Below, in pieces: positions 1-12,814 of a stretch of 64,000 bases of DNA. This DNA comes from Raja brachyura. Lineage: Eukaryota. The translations under genes were made by a program, and so were the position numbers. The notes under the pieces are model-generated. The model saw only the letters and a program-made list of their open reading frames with translations, ran no database searches and was not told where the DNA came from. Where the stretch lies: contig OY740808.1 in the NCBI GenBank assembly GCA_963514005.1, positions 30,070,001-30,134,000 of the forward strand, read 5' to 3'. Each line of letters starts with the position of its first letter. Within the stretch, counting starts at the first letter, position 1.

Positions 1-849
1 ACTTGGTGGGCTGAAGGGTCTGTTTCCATGCAGCATCTTTCAATCAATTCAACCAATGAAGATGTATGTTGATACAATTGCCGGGCTGGGAAGCTGAGAG
101 GGAGAATGACCACTCGGAGGGTGGTACAGGCTGGTATTTCTGATAGTATATGGTATATAGTATATAGTAGATAGTATATAGTAGGTGCCACCTTGTGCAA
201 GCACAATATGTGTAGATGTTGCTTGTCTGAGCTGCATGGACAAGAGTGTTTCTTTCTGCATGGATAAAGTGTTAGGTACTGAGCTTGTTGTGCTTTTGGG
301 CTTGTGTAGGCTGACTCCCACAAGGTCATCCCATGGGTGCCTTTGGTGCATGGGTGAGGTTTGTTGCACGTTATGTCATATATGAAGAGGGATGTGTAGG
401 AAGGAACTCCAAATGTTGGTTTACACCAAAGATCACAAAAAATGCTGGAGTAGCTCGGTCATAGGGGGAACATGCAACCTCCACGCTGACAGTGCCGGAG
501 ATCAGGATTTAACCGGAATCTCGTGCGTCTGAAGCGGCAGTTTTACCGGATGGGTCACTGTGCCACACAGCACTGAATACTAATTGTTCAGTAGAAACAA
601 GGAAGTGCAGATGCTGGTTTTACAAAAAGAAGACACAAGTGCTGGAGTAACTCATCATCTCTGAAGAAAAGGAATAGGTGACGTCTCGGGTCAAGACCCT
701 TCTTCAGACTGAGAGTCAGGAGAGAGGGGAAACTAGAGGTATGAAAATGTGCATTGGAAAGTAGTCTTGGTTGTAACCATGTGTTCGGCAATGAGCAATG
801 TGAGCTGTGAGTGGAGAGAGGTGCACAACAGTCTGACTGCAGCTGCAGG

Positions 850-2250
850 TTTATTTTTTTAGTTAGAAAAACTCTATTCAGAATAAAAAATATATATAAA
901 ACAAAAACTGTATAAAAAATACTCTTCAGATATTGTTAGTGTCTGTACATTCAAACAGTGTCATTCTCAACAAATCACCCCAGCCACTCCAGTGGCCCTT
1001 GAGTAAATATCCCTTCCCTTGTGTAAGGAGAGTCCCCACTGGAATCAACCCCTCGATGTCCAGCGGTGGAAGGACCCTAGACTGTGGACCTCCCCCACAG
1101 AGCCTTGGCGTTGGCTGCACCGAGCTTCAATGCGTCCCTCAGCACGTACTCCTGCCGTCTGCAGCGAGCCAGTCGGCACCATTTTCTGATGGACATCTCA
1201 CTGTGCTGGGAGGCCAACAGGTTTCAGGCAGAGTGTTTTTCATGAGTTGATGATCTTCCAGCAGCACTTGACGTCCATCTCCAAAGGTATGCCTGGGAAC
1301 AGCCCATAAATCAGAGACTGCTCTGTTTGCAGAGCTGATCAGGATGTACTGTGACAAGATGAACCCTTGCATCTTTCTTGAGACCCCCTTCACTCTGTGA
1401 GTAGAGGTGGGCAACCATCTCCTCTCCATAGTAGCCATCCTGAGGGCAGCAGGCATCGGTAGTAAGACTCCAATGCTACAGGAAGGATTTGACTGGGAGG
1501 GCCCCTATCATTGCCTGCCAAGAAATGTCTTGGTGCCGATGAGGCATTTCCCCAGACAAACTGGGCAGTCTGCTCAGGGAACCAAGCCATAGGATCCATC
1601 AGCTCCTTGTCTTGCAGTGCTTGTAGATGTTCTGATGGATTTCTGGTCAAAGGTCTGGTAGAACAGGTGGTGTAGCAATGTCCAGCAGACTGACATATTG
1701 TGCAGAATCAGTGCCAGGCCAATCTTTCCCAACAACAGGTAGAATCTCAGCAGGTAATGACACTCAGTGACCACATTCTTATTTTTCCTCAACAAGGAGA
1801 TTTCATTCAATTAATCACAGTTACAGAGAACTGCAATGATCAAAACTGCCCCGCAGTGTGCAAACATCAGTCAATCAGTCATCAGATTACAATATTATCA
1901 TCCTTATCCACAATGCACTTGATCCCACACAGCGGCCAGCGTTCATGGAATGCTATTTTATGGCTCTACGCACAGCCCGATGCAGCCACATACAAAGGTG
2001 GCCATCACAATGAGAGCAAAGTTGGGTATGCTTTTCCTTTCTTCGTCTGTGGACTTGTGCATCGTGACCCCTCAGACCCACTCCATCTTTGATCCCCAAA
2101 TGATTTGCAATGCGGCCCGGGTGATCGCCGAGAAGGGTCACACCTGCAGCAGGTACAGCAGCCCCGAGACCACCTCACACCTGACGGCTAAATTCGTCCT
2201 GGTTATCGAAAAGCAGATAAGACTGACCCTTTGACTATTCAGTGTCTCAA
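850..2250 (-). mobile_element. Tx1-clade (L1 superfamily) non-LTR retrotransposon, degenerate 3' part of ORF2 plus A-rich 3' end
   Basis: Minus-strand frames give Tx1-type ORF2 pieces: IWGSKMEWV..PNFALIVMATFVCGCIGLCVEP, CHYLLRFYL, LQALQDKELMDPMAWFPEQT and C-terminal RRQEYVLRDALKLGAANAKALWGRSTV*. Multiple stops and frameshifts. Confidence 0.8.
1780..1936 (-). mobile_element. Short 3' end of a second Tx1/L1-like family nested in the Tx1 copy
   Basis: Minus strand reads AFHERWPLCGIKCIVDKDDNIVI* followed by an A-rich tail. It interrupts the host ORF between ..CVEP and ..ECHYLLRFY. TATTTT occurs near both junctions. Confidence 0.55.
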
Positions 2251-2303
2251 TGCTGACAAAATTGGTTGAATATCTGGCTTGTTGCACTACTATTGAGAAC
2301 ATT

Positions 2304-2491
2304 AGAGGGTGGTAAATCTGTGGAATCCAAGTCAGTGGATATATTTAAGGCAGAGATAGATTCTCGATTAGTACAGGTTATGGGGAGAAGACGGGAGAAT
2401 GGGGATAGGAGGGAGAGATGGATCAACCATGCTTGAATGGCGGAGTAGACAGGATGGGCTGAATGGCCTAATTCTGCTCCTATCACTTATG
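2304..2491 (+). mobile_element. CR1 LINE 3' end fragment
   Basis: AGAGGGTGGTAAATCTGTGGAAT..GGGCTGAATGGCCTAATTCTGCTCCTAT matches the 3' ends of the longer CR1 copies in this window. Confidence 0.8.
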
Positions 2492-3496
2492 ATCTGAAGA
2501 ACATTTGTGTGAGTTTCACTCTGGGAAAACAGCAGAAATGAACAGAAATATTAGAGGGAGCTTTACTCAGAACAAACATGATTTTCAAAATCATAATGGT
2601 ATTTTAGTTGGTATGGCACATATTAATATCTAAACCGAGATTATGACCAATTTACATATTGAAATAGTCCAGTCAATCAAATCATTAACTTTACCCAGAA
2701 TTCAGAGCACATGCTATTTTTGATATATTTATTACAGTAAATAAATCAATTATGCCAATTAAGTCTAATATACATATTCAAATTACATTAATTAGAATTA
2801 ATTTTCTATAATTAGTAAATCACATCTCTACATTAAATGATATAATCATTGTGCCCTTTGACAGAGAGGACTATGTCATAACTTCACTTGAAACTTGGAA
2901 GGTGCTGAATAGTATCAGTGCCTTTGGGGATATCAACACATAATCATCAGTTCTCGTTTACATATTCCAATTAAGTTAATTACAAGACACACTTTGCTGT
3001 GTAACAACAAATGCTTGCACCGAGAAGAAAATTATTGGGATTGGCAAGATCGAGTGACTGTAAGGGCAGAATCTCCTCTCTGAAGTCAAGTTCACTCCAC
3101 AATCAACAGCCTGCTGCCAAAATAGAATCCTCAACTATGAAACATCTAATTTCGAAGATTGAGATTTTTCAAAAGTAGGTCAGTGGTTTGGGGGGAAATG
3201 TATGCACTCCTCCCAGGCTCCAACTCAAGTTTTTGGCATGAAGATGAATTTTACCTACATAAGCGAGCAAAACAAACATGCAGTAACTAATATAAAGAAA
3301 ATGGGATGAGTGTGGTAATTTCTTATTAGGTTTAGGTTTATTATTGTCACAGTGCAGTTATTATTATGTATTATTATACATAATAATGTACTTATTATTA
3401 TCAGTACACTGAGATTATAAGTACAGTGAAATGTTTTGTTTCGCATGCTATCCAAACAGATCGGATATATCATACAAACATTCATGTGCAAACCCA

Positions 3497-3611
3497 AGGT
3501 AGACCTAAAACCCTAGAGTAACTCAGCGGGACAGGCAGCATCTCTGGAGAGAAGGAATGGGTGAAGTTTCGGGTCGAGACCCTTTTTCAGACTGATGTCA
3601 GGGAGAAGGGA
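3497..3611 (-). mobile_element. Penelope terminal-repeat (pLTR) fragment with degenerate hammerhead-like core
   Basis: Reverse complement matches the 3' terminal segment of the Penelope element at 59040-59134. Confidence 0.8.
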
Positions 3612-6600
3612 GAAGAAGCCCGCCAGCTCGCATGCGCGTCAATACGTCTAACGCATGGCACGCGTGCGGGAGCAGTTCAAACTGTTCTAGCAGGTAAGTC
3701 AATTTCTTTCCAGTGGGCCGCTCCGATAGCGGGCCCGAGGTGACTATGGAGGCGGCCGGGATTTGGGCCGCGGTGAAAGTTCCAGAAGGAGCTAGAGTAC
3801 TATTTTGCGGGGCCGTTCGAGCTCCGCACGGGATCAAGCGGCCATATTTTGCAAGCCGCTATGGGGCTCCTTAGACGCTGGATTTGTGGCGGCTGCCACT
3901 CGAGCTCTGAACGAGAGCAGGCAGCCGAAATTGGAGGCGGTGTATGGCTCCATAGGAGCATGGGACTCCGTAAGGAGCTAGGATTCATATTGCAGCAGAA
4001 GGTGAGTTAGAAATAGCCGTAGGGAAGCTCAGCTGCCACAGCACCGACAGCTATGTTGCAGCAGCACATAGATGTTTATTTCGGGAATATAACAATATAT
4101 CTTATAGCAATAAAGTTTATCTTAAAATGATAATTACACAAGACATTTTTTATCATGTATACTGGCGTAGTGAAATTGGTCTTGCCATTACAAGTCCAGA
4201 GCTCCTGGCTTTAAGAAGCCTATCAGACACCAGTGGGAGCTACACCTAGTGATTTCTGCTAAACAAATACTGGAGGGGATTGTTGGAGATTCTTTATTAA
4301 AGATTTCAACTATCTGCGTAACGATAAGCAGATGAATGTCTGATTTAATGGCGATATGTTTCTTTTAATCATATGAACGTAATTGCCTGTGGCAACACCT
4401 GGCAGGGTTGCAGTATTTCTCCCACTCTGTCTAGTGGTCTATCAGGAAGAGGTGACTCCAATTATAACGCCGGCTCATCTGAGTCACATGGAAGCCAGAG
4501 GCGCTCCAGTCCCTCTCTGTAATACTCCGTTGGAACTCCAGAAGGGAATAAGGACTCAGAGTCACTAGCAGGTGCAACCTGTCTGGTAAGTTAAAGATGA
4601 TACCAACAGAGCATCTATCTGCACAGATGGTCCATCTCGACCGCTGAAGGAAGCAGCCTGACAACCACAAGTCAGAGCAAAGTCAAAGCCAAGTTTGTGG
4701 GATAAGTCTTGTTGGATGATTTGATTTGGGACATTTATGGCAGATGTGATTGGACGTTTGTCTCAATCAAAACATCTGATGAATCAGATGATGGCACAAG
4801 AAATACTCTGTGATACGAAGGCGTGTCAGGCAGCAGCTCCTGGTTCAGGGTTGCAATATTCCACCCACTTGTATGAAAAGAGTGATGGAGATGGTTCCAA
4901 GTATATGTCAAAGCCTGAAGCAGCTCCTGGTTCAGGGTTGCATTAGTCCTCCCACTCGGATGAATGGAGTCATGGAGATGGTGCCAAAGTTATGCACACA
5001 TGCTTGAGGTAGCTCCTGGTTCAGGGTTGCATAAGCCCTCCCACTCAGATGTATGAAGTGATGGAGATGGAGCTATATATATTATGCTCTGTATTACGGA
5101 AGCATGCACAGACAGTCCGAGGCATACGGATATGGCAATGCCTGGTTCAGGGTGCAATTTTTCTCCCACTCTAAAAGAGTGTCAGAGATCAGTATGGACT
5201 GACTCTGAACATGACCCCGAACATGACTATGTGCCGGGATCCCATGTTGTAATGCATGATGTACGACAATCGCATGAGGAAAAGCTATGTGCTCTTGCCT
5301 CTAAAATTGCTGCTCCCTCGGGGACGGACAAGCCATTACAAGAGAAGTTGGCCAGCGGCATCGCTATCTAACAGAAATGACAAACATGATGGACAGAGTC
5401 TGCAAATGGAACTTCGCTGAAGCTCCAACAAAGGAAATCGACCTGGGGTTTGAGACGCTGGTAAGTAAGTCCTCGTTATTAAGCTCCATAAACTCCAAAA
5501 TGGAGCAGTCTGTCGGCCCAGCTTGGGTTTACTGCCAGCATGGGCTATCTAGTCATTTTTTCACTGTCTCTGGGATAAGATCAGGTTGATGTAGAGATAT
5601 TGGCAAGGTGCCTTACACAGCAACCTCTGTAAGTTCCAAGTAGGAACAGTTTGGTTACCCTAGATCAGGGGTAGACCATCATGAAACTGGCTGGCCATAC
5701 GAGTCATTCTGACCAGAGAAGCACTGCTTCATCATCTATGAGCGGTTATCAGGCTGCTCAATAGAATGAAGTAGTTGAAGTTTTTCTCAACATATGGTTT
5801 ATTTCTCCTCAGTTAGCAGAGTTACTGGTTCATTGGAATCATCATTACAGTAATCTCTGGGACAGGTAGTTACCAGCAGAAAGCTCATCTGGCATATATT
5901 GTAACTTTGTCTGACCTGCAAGTTCATACAATAATAATCCATAGGCTCTCTATACCAGTACTCCTGATTGAGTGGTGGGTCAAACAGATTGTGTTATGCA
6001 CCCTGGAGACTTAGACGTGTGGTCTCAGTCAAAGGTCAGTGAGATAATTCTTGATTCAGCCTTGCATTATATTAATCTCCACTCTGAAGGAAAACACTAC
6101 GTATTCATGGTGACTCTTAGTCAAGAGTTGACAGGGAACTCGTATTCCCATATCTAAGGGACACTGTGGTTTCAGCTCTAGTCATTAGCTGCTGATTATA
6201 TATTATCAGCGACATGTATGAATAACTAGATAATACATCTTCTGCAGGTAGGAAAGCCAAAAAATTTCCGTCCGTAGGATCAACAGAGGAACAACCGTTC
6301 CGAGTGCAATCAGTGACAACTCATCCGAGGACGAGTGATCTGCCCAAGGACTAGAGGGGTATATTTATTAAGATTACAGAAATATGGTGCAGGCCGAATC
6401 GGGTTAGCAATAGGCTAATCAAATTGTGGGTTTACTTACCCAGTTTAAGATGGATGATTAGGTGTCTGCAATTTAACTGACTCAGAGAATCGATCTTGTA
6501 GTTGCATACGCTGTCATATCTACACACATAAGGCACAGATTCTGGTGTTTAATAACAAAGCTAGTGGTGAAAGCCCTGTGCTGCCCTTCTCAGATTAAAG

Positions 6601-8036
6601 GGCATTATGTCATCAAGTTTTAGGTAATATGCAATATTGCAACTGATAAAACTTATGGGTTGTCGGTAGATATTTTTTGCGATATTATAAATGAGGCAAC
6701 ATGAAATTTAACAGTACCAATTTGCCTATTCAATCACGACATGGTAGGCGGCTGAAGCAACTCTTACTTACTCAGTCACGAGTGACGGCTGGGACAGCCT
6801 GTCTTGTTGGGCAGCTAGCTCTGCACAATTGTATGAGAAGCTTGTGAATAACATATGTGAGTTAATTTTATACGGAAGTAACAGAAGTTTGTGTGGTTTC
6901 CAGTTTGAGCCGCGAGAAACTTAATGGGATAGCACAATTGACATTGCTTGTGCTGCTTTATCATTTCTGTAATACCATAAATGGGACATACATGATTGGT
7001 TCTTCACCCACTATTCTCTAACGTTATGCAGGGTGTCTTTTATTTGACCACTCTAATAGCCGACACTCATTGTAATGTGCGATGTATATCAGTAAATTGT
7101 TATGCAAATATTCCTAATGGGACAAGTATCTTAACATGATTATGCTTTCAGCAGCTGATCTCAGCATAAAGAACACAGCCTTTACTCAATCTCTGGCTTA
7201 GTCCCTACGTCATACTGACATAAGGGTAGCTTGGTATAGAAATAATCTCATGAGCAAATAAGCAGGTTTACGTACATTCGAGGTTGACAGCATACCCACC
7301 AGAGCAGAGACCAGGAATGTCATTAGGTATACAAGTGCACTCAACTGCTAGTGCCTATGAAATGGAATATAGTTCTTTTGTTTCAATAGTCTCAAGATAT
7401 TGCTGATGGCTCATTAACAGCCAATACAATGGATTTCCCTTTCAGCATACAGCATGAGGTTTACATAGTGCGGATTAATAAATTATAAAATTTGGTGGAA
7501 TATGTCTGGATATTTGCAGATAGAGTTATGCAGGTTGTTGCATAAGTTATTGTCTAATTCAACAGTCTATTGGGACTACAGGCCAGTTTAGAGCAATGGC
7601 CATGTATGCAAGTGAGCATCATGTTTTTGCCTACCATTAATGGTTTATCTGTTTAAGTGTTTTACACACAGATTGTCTCTTCATGAAACCACAGAGCTTT
7701 GAAATCTTCATGTAGTCACTCCCATGACTTCGAAATTAAATAGAAAGATTAAACGAGAACTTACCATTTGAAGTTTGATCTTTATTATATGAGAAGTCGC
7801 GTTGAGGGATTACGTGCCCTCCACTCCCGACCCAATTCTCATAAAGATCATTCGGTAGTTCGAGCCCTCAATCTTTCTATAGCTTAGGTCAGCAACTATT
7901 CTGTGGTTTCATACAGCTACTTTGAAGATTGACGCGCATGCGGGCTGGTGGGCTTCTTCACGTAATCCCTCATCGCAACTTCTCATAAAATAAAGATCAA
8001 ACTTCAAACGGTACGTTTTTGTTTAATCTTTCTATT
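3612..8036 (+). mobile_element. DIRS1-type tyrosine-recombinase retrotransposon, coding-decayed, left end truncated
   Basis: 3612-3643 is the reverse complement of 7928-7959 (30/32 match, inverted terminal repeat). 7739-7816 is the reverse complement of 7959-8036 (internal complementary region). This ITR+ICR layout is diagnostic of DIRS1. No long internal ORF survives. Confidence 0.8.
4830..5172 (+). repeat. Diverged ~88 bp tandem repeat inside the DIRS element
   Basis: GCTCCTGGTTCAGGGTTGCA..CCCACT..ATGGAGATGG recurs near 4835, 4923 and 5012. A partial unit lies near 5140 and a related motif near 4397. Confidence 0.85.
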
Positions 8037-8960
8037 AATAAACATGGTGTCAGAGTCTTGAGCCACTTCTCCAACTCTTTTGCCTGAATTTATTTTAGTT
8101 TATTTTTTTAACAACGAACCATGGCAGGTTGTTTACGTAAACCAGATCCTTCGGTGTTCGACAGTGAACTTGCCGAACGTTGGCAGATCTTTGTAGTAGA
8201 ATTCAAAATGTTCATAGATGCTGCCCATCCGGGAGCTGCTCCCCACACCGTTGCATCAATTCTCCTCAATGTAGGAGGCACAGAGGCTGCCCTGCGGGCA
8301 CAGGATTTTCACTATGCCCCAGAACATACCGATGCGGTAACACATGTTGTGACCCCGGCAGAGTCCATCAGAGACCCCGCCTGCCTTCTCCTAAAGTTCT
8401 GTGCCAACTTCACACTAACGTTATCATGGAGCACCACAAGTTTTTTTCTCTTAGCAAACAAGAGGGCGAGACGGTCGAATCCTACATTGGCGCCCTCAAG
8501 AGCATTGCAGCCAGATGCCATTTTGAAGTCCGCGACGTACCCATCCACGGCAGACTTGTACATGGCATCCTGAATGACAAGGTGAGAAATGAATTGCTCT
8601 GGAATGAGGAGCTTACACTAGATAAGGCTGTACGTGCCTGCCGGCTTGGAGAGTACACTGATAGCTATGCCTAAACCCTGGGGTCAGCACCACACTCTCC
8701 CTACGATGTCCATGCCTTCTATAGGTACCCACGACAAACATTAACAACCCCTCGACAACCGCCTACAGCCCCAGGGAAGGTAACCGATCCTCTGGTCCAT
8801 AACTGTGGTAACTGCGGTGGCTCACACCCGAGATTTCGTGAGCAATGCCTCGATTGTGGCAAAACTTGCCACCACTGTAAAAATAAATTTACAATCCATG
8901 CTCCAGATGCACCGAAAGACAACTACTGAAAGGCCGCTTTTCAACAGGCTCAAGATGTGT
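8037..8960 (+). mobile_element. gag: Ty3/Gypsy LTR-retrotransposon 5' remnant: LTR end, PBS and frameshifted gag
   Basis: ..AACA followed by TGGTGTCAGA (8045-8054, a tRNA-Leu-type PBS start). ORFs 8121-8573 and 8180-8674 join by frameshift into a Gypsy-type gag (W..F..EF, QEGETVESYIGALK.IA.RC.F, LVHGILNDKVRNELL..EELTLDKAV). Zinc-knuckle CGNCGGSH..CLDCGKTCHHCK at ~8803-8882. No pol follows. Confidence 0.85.
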
Positions 8961-9503
8961 GAGCATATGCTTTGGCTTGGAACGTTTATAGTCTTTTTCA
9001 ATCACAATCAAACCTACTCCCGTCCTCATTCCACTGTGGGAACAATAACTTGGGAGTTTTTTATCTTTAGAGAAATAATTCAGGAATATCAAATTCTGCT
9101 GCATTTTAAAAACATGGTTGCAAAGGGATAGTAGTTTTAAAAAGACATTAGTGGCAGTGGGTGGGTTGTTGTGTTGCAAGTTAAACCCTGAAGGGACACA
9201 GTTTCTCCAGAGATGCTGCCTGTCCCACTGAGTCATCCACCTTTTTGTGTCTATCTTTGGTTTAAACCAGCATCTGTAGTTCCCTCCTACACAGTTGTGC
9301 TGGATTATGCAGATGACCACTAGATGCCTCCCCACCTGTGAACTGAGGATTGGAATTGCAAGACATGCTGGTGTTAGCACTGAATCTGAGGGAGATTTCT
9401 TGGCTGAGGAGTCAGATGTATTTCAAGTGTGACATCTTTCCTTGTGTTTCTTTTCTCTTTCATTTGATAAATATTGTTGTGATACGGCCTCAGATTATAT
9501 GCT

Positions 9504-9932
9504 TGTGTGTGTGCGGGTGTATGTATATGTGAGTGTGTGTGTGCGCGCGCGTGTATGTGTGTGTGCGTGCGCGCGTGTGTGTGTGAGTGCGGGTGTGTGT
9601 ATATGTGGGTGTGTGTGCGTACATGTGTGGGAGCGTTGCTGTGTGTTTGAGTGTGGGTGTATGTATATGTGGGTGCGTGTGTCNNNNNNNNNNNNNNNNN
9701 NNNNNNNNNNNNNNNNNNNNNNNNNNNNNNNNNNNNNNNNNNNNNNNNNNNNNNNNNNNNNNNNNNNNNNNNNNNNNNNNNNNNNNNNNNNNNNNNNNNN
9801 NNNNNNNNNNNNNNNNNNNNNNNNNNNNNNGTGCGGGTGTGTGTGTGTCTGCGTGCGTGTGAGTGCGGGTGTGTGTATATGTGTGTGTGCGCACGTGTGC
9901 ATGTGTGTGTGCGTGTATGTGTGGTGTGGCGT
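9504..9932. repeat. (TG)n-rich compound microsatellite spanning an assembly gap (N at 9684-9830)
   Basis: Seen directly. Confidence 0.95.
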
Positions 9933-11111
9933 GGGAGAGAGAGCATTGGGATCATTTACAAGGTGCCAGAAGCCTTGAGTATAATTCAGACCATGGTCTT
10001 CAGATGCATTTCAAGCCAGTGACTCAATTCCTTTTGTTAGTATCTGCTTGAACCAGCTGGAAAATTAGACTCAATTATTTCACAATCTAACCCACCCACG
10101 GCAGAGATTGGGCGCACGCAACAATTAAAAGTGGAGCATCCGTCATGTGCACTGTTCAATCTTTTATCATTGCATTAGCCAACCAAATAGATCGGATGGT
10201 ACTTGACCACGGGTTGTTCAGGGTCTGAAAATATACCCTGAAGCAATAACCTTACAGAGCATAAGAAACAGAGAGATAAGATAGTGAGGTTTCAGAATAA
10301 GCTGTTTGATCCACCAAGTTTGGCTTCTTCTGCAGACGGTGTATAATTTGCCTTATCATGGACTTTACATTTCATCAGGGAAGTGTATTACGACAGGTAA
10401 AACTTCCAAGAAGCTAAAGCTGTATGAAATTGATTCTCTGATCCCCTGAGGTAATATCAACAAAACTCCATGACATTGCAACCAATTGGTTAGAATTCCA
10501 CCTGTTCTCATTTGTTTCTCCTATTGCTCCTTGTTGCATTGAACGGAAAGTTTCCTTGCATCTCAGACCAACTTTAAGCACAAAATATCTTTGTATCTTG
10601 AGATGGATCTTGCATGAAATAAGCAAAAGCCCAGTTGGACAGATTATTTCTTGAACTCAGTTACTGATCATGGTTAGCCAGCTATACTCATTCATGAGCA
10701 GTGAAATGCAAAATAGGACATTTAAAGAAACAGAACAGGAAGGGATTATGTAAAATTTCCCTTCAAATATATATATTTTTTAAATTCTAAAATTAATAAG
10801 GATTTATTTTCAAAATTGTTTTGTTTCAGAACTAATGAAGAGAGGAACAAAATCCTAATGTATAGGTACCGGATTAGCAAATGGGCTAACATGGTAGTCT
10901 GAAGAAGGGTCTCAACCCAAAATGTCATCTATTCATTTTTTCCCAAGATACTGCCTGACCCGCTGAGTTAGTCAAGCTTTTTGTGTCTATGTTCGGGGTA
11001 AACCAGCATCTGCAATTCCTTCCGACACAACATGGAACTAGGTGATCAATGGTCTTCATGGACCCAGTGGGCTGAAGTATCTCTAAACTAGCTCGAACTA
11101 AACAAAACTAA

Positions 11112-11347
11112 AGGGCCTGTCCCACGTGGCGAGTTTGTCGGCGACTACCAGCGTCATTGACTGACGGATCAGGGTCACCGAAAGATTTTGAACATTTCAA
11201 AATCCAGTGGCGACGACAAAAATGTTGCGACACTTGAGGAAACACCACGCGTCAGGACGTCGCCAAGCCGCGACTTTTTCGGTGACCTGATACGTCAGTC
11301 AATGACGCCGACAGTCGCTGAAAAAATCGGCAAGTGGAGCAGGCCCT
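11112..11347. mobile_element. PIF/Harbinger-type MITE
   Basis: TIRs AGGGCCTGTCCCAC / GTGGAGCAGGCCCT with TAA on both sides (11109-11111, 11348-11350). Internal inverted arms GCGTCATTGACTGACG / CGTCAGTCAATGACGC. Confidence 0.85.
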
Positions 11348-11749
11348 TAATAATCCCCAGGTGCTCTGCTGCTAATCCAATTACACCACAGACCCAAATT
11401 GAAATAGCTAAGTGCAGTTATTTTACATCTGATACCCTAGTCTTTCAAAGGCAAGTCTATTATCATGATGCTCATTGTCACCTAACCAGATGGACTATCA
11501 AAAAATAACTCTGGCAGCACAGGTGGCCAGTGGCCCATTGGATCTCATTTGGCCTATTCTCTACCAGAACAGCTCTCGTGTTCCAGTCCCAAGTCTGTTC
11601 TTCAAAATTTCCCTCACTGTATATTTCTCTAATTCCCACTTGAACGACACAATGGAGTCTGCCACCACCACACCTGAAGGCAGTGCATTACAGATTCCTT
11701 ATTCTTTATATCAAAACGCTGCACCTCGTATATCTACATAATACATGTT

Positions 11750-12810
11750 GGCACGGCAATGCCAATGCACAGCAACGCAAAGGGCTGTAGAGGATGGCGG
11801 TCTCAGCCCGGCTCTTCATGGCCACAGCCCTCCCTTCCACTGTTAGCATATTCAGGATGCAATGCCTCAAGAAGCCATCATCAAGAATCCCTACCATTCA
11901 GGCAATGTCCTCTTCGCGATGCTACTGTTAGGTACTTCTTTCCCCCCCCCCCCCCCCCCCGGTGAATGCTATGTACTTACCTTTCTGTTTCTCTGCAGGC
12001 CGTGGCTGGGAGCCAGGAATCAAGGGGTTAACAGCTTCTGTACCCGATGGGCCCAGCTACGTCAGGTGACTCATCGGGAGCTTTGAAAGGCAGAAGCTCT
12101 CCGAATTCTCTCTTTCTTCAAGATAGATCTCTGGAGGAAGGGCTGCCGGGCTGAGCTGCAGAAGGCCTGGCCGCATGGCACCGCATTTTGTATATTTCTC
12201 GCATACTTTTGTAAATTAATGTTCTATTGGGATGGAAGGGATGACCTGAGAGTTTTCAGGTATTTTTGTTGCAGAGTTAGGGCTATATAAGCAGTTTAGA
12301 GTCTTCAGTCCGACGGTCCATCGAGAGGCTGGCTGGAGCACCCTTATATATTATTTGATAGCCAATTCTGGTCCCTGACCGTGTTCTTTAAAATCAGGTT
12401 CGGGTTTTGTTTAGTGTTACAAATTAAAGACTGTTTTTTAATCTAAACTTGACCCTGGTTTTGATTTGTTACGCGACTCTGAGGAACCAGCCTTCGGGAG
12501 TCGTAACAGCTACCATCAGGCAAGAGGTACAGAAGCCTGAAGTCCCACATTTCCAAGTTCAAGAACAGCTACAGTCCTGTCAAATTCTCAAATTGACCTG
12601 TACAACCTTAACCATGAGACATTAACTCTGTCTTGCATGGATGTCACATTTTTTTGCATAGCAATTTTCTTTTGCTGTCTTGTATAATTTATGTATAATA
12701 TTATTTTAACATGCTGTCTGAGCCTATGCTGTGATGCTGCTGAAACATGATTTTCATTGTAGCTACAGGATACCTCACAGTACTTGTGCATGTGACCATA
12801 GACTTGAGTG
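11750..12810 (+). mobile_element. Rex1/Babar LINE 3' fragment split by a solo LTR
   Basis: Reads IIKNPYHSGNVLFAML, then after the LTR LPSGKRYRSLKSHISKFKNSY. Homologous to the C-termini at 28463-28783 and 41380-41581. Confidence 0.75.
11926..12508 (+). mobile_element. Solo LTR (583 bp)
   Basis: TGTTA...TAACA termini. Perfect 5 bp TSD GCTAC (11921-11925, 12509-12513). TATATAA near 12284 and AATTAAA near 12422. Removing it restores the Rex1 frame. Confidence 0.9.
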
Positions 12811-12814
12811 GTCT

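Noticed and set aside
1950-2234. Plus-strand 94 aa ORF that looks protein-like
   Set aside because: It is the antisense of the Tx1 ORF2 remnant.
4830-5172. Repeat-spacer pattern resembling a CRISPR array
   Set aside because: The spacers are related to each other, the context is a vertebrate retrotransposon, and there are no cas genes.
9374-10051. Stack of long ORFs on both strands
   Set aside because: Translations of a (TG)n microsatellite and an N gap.
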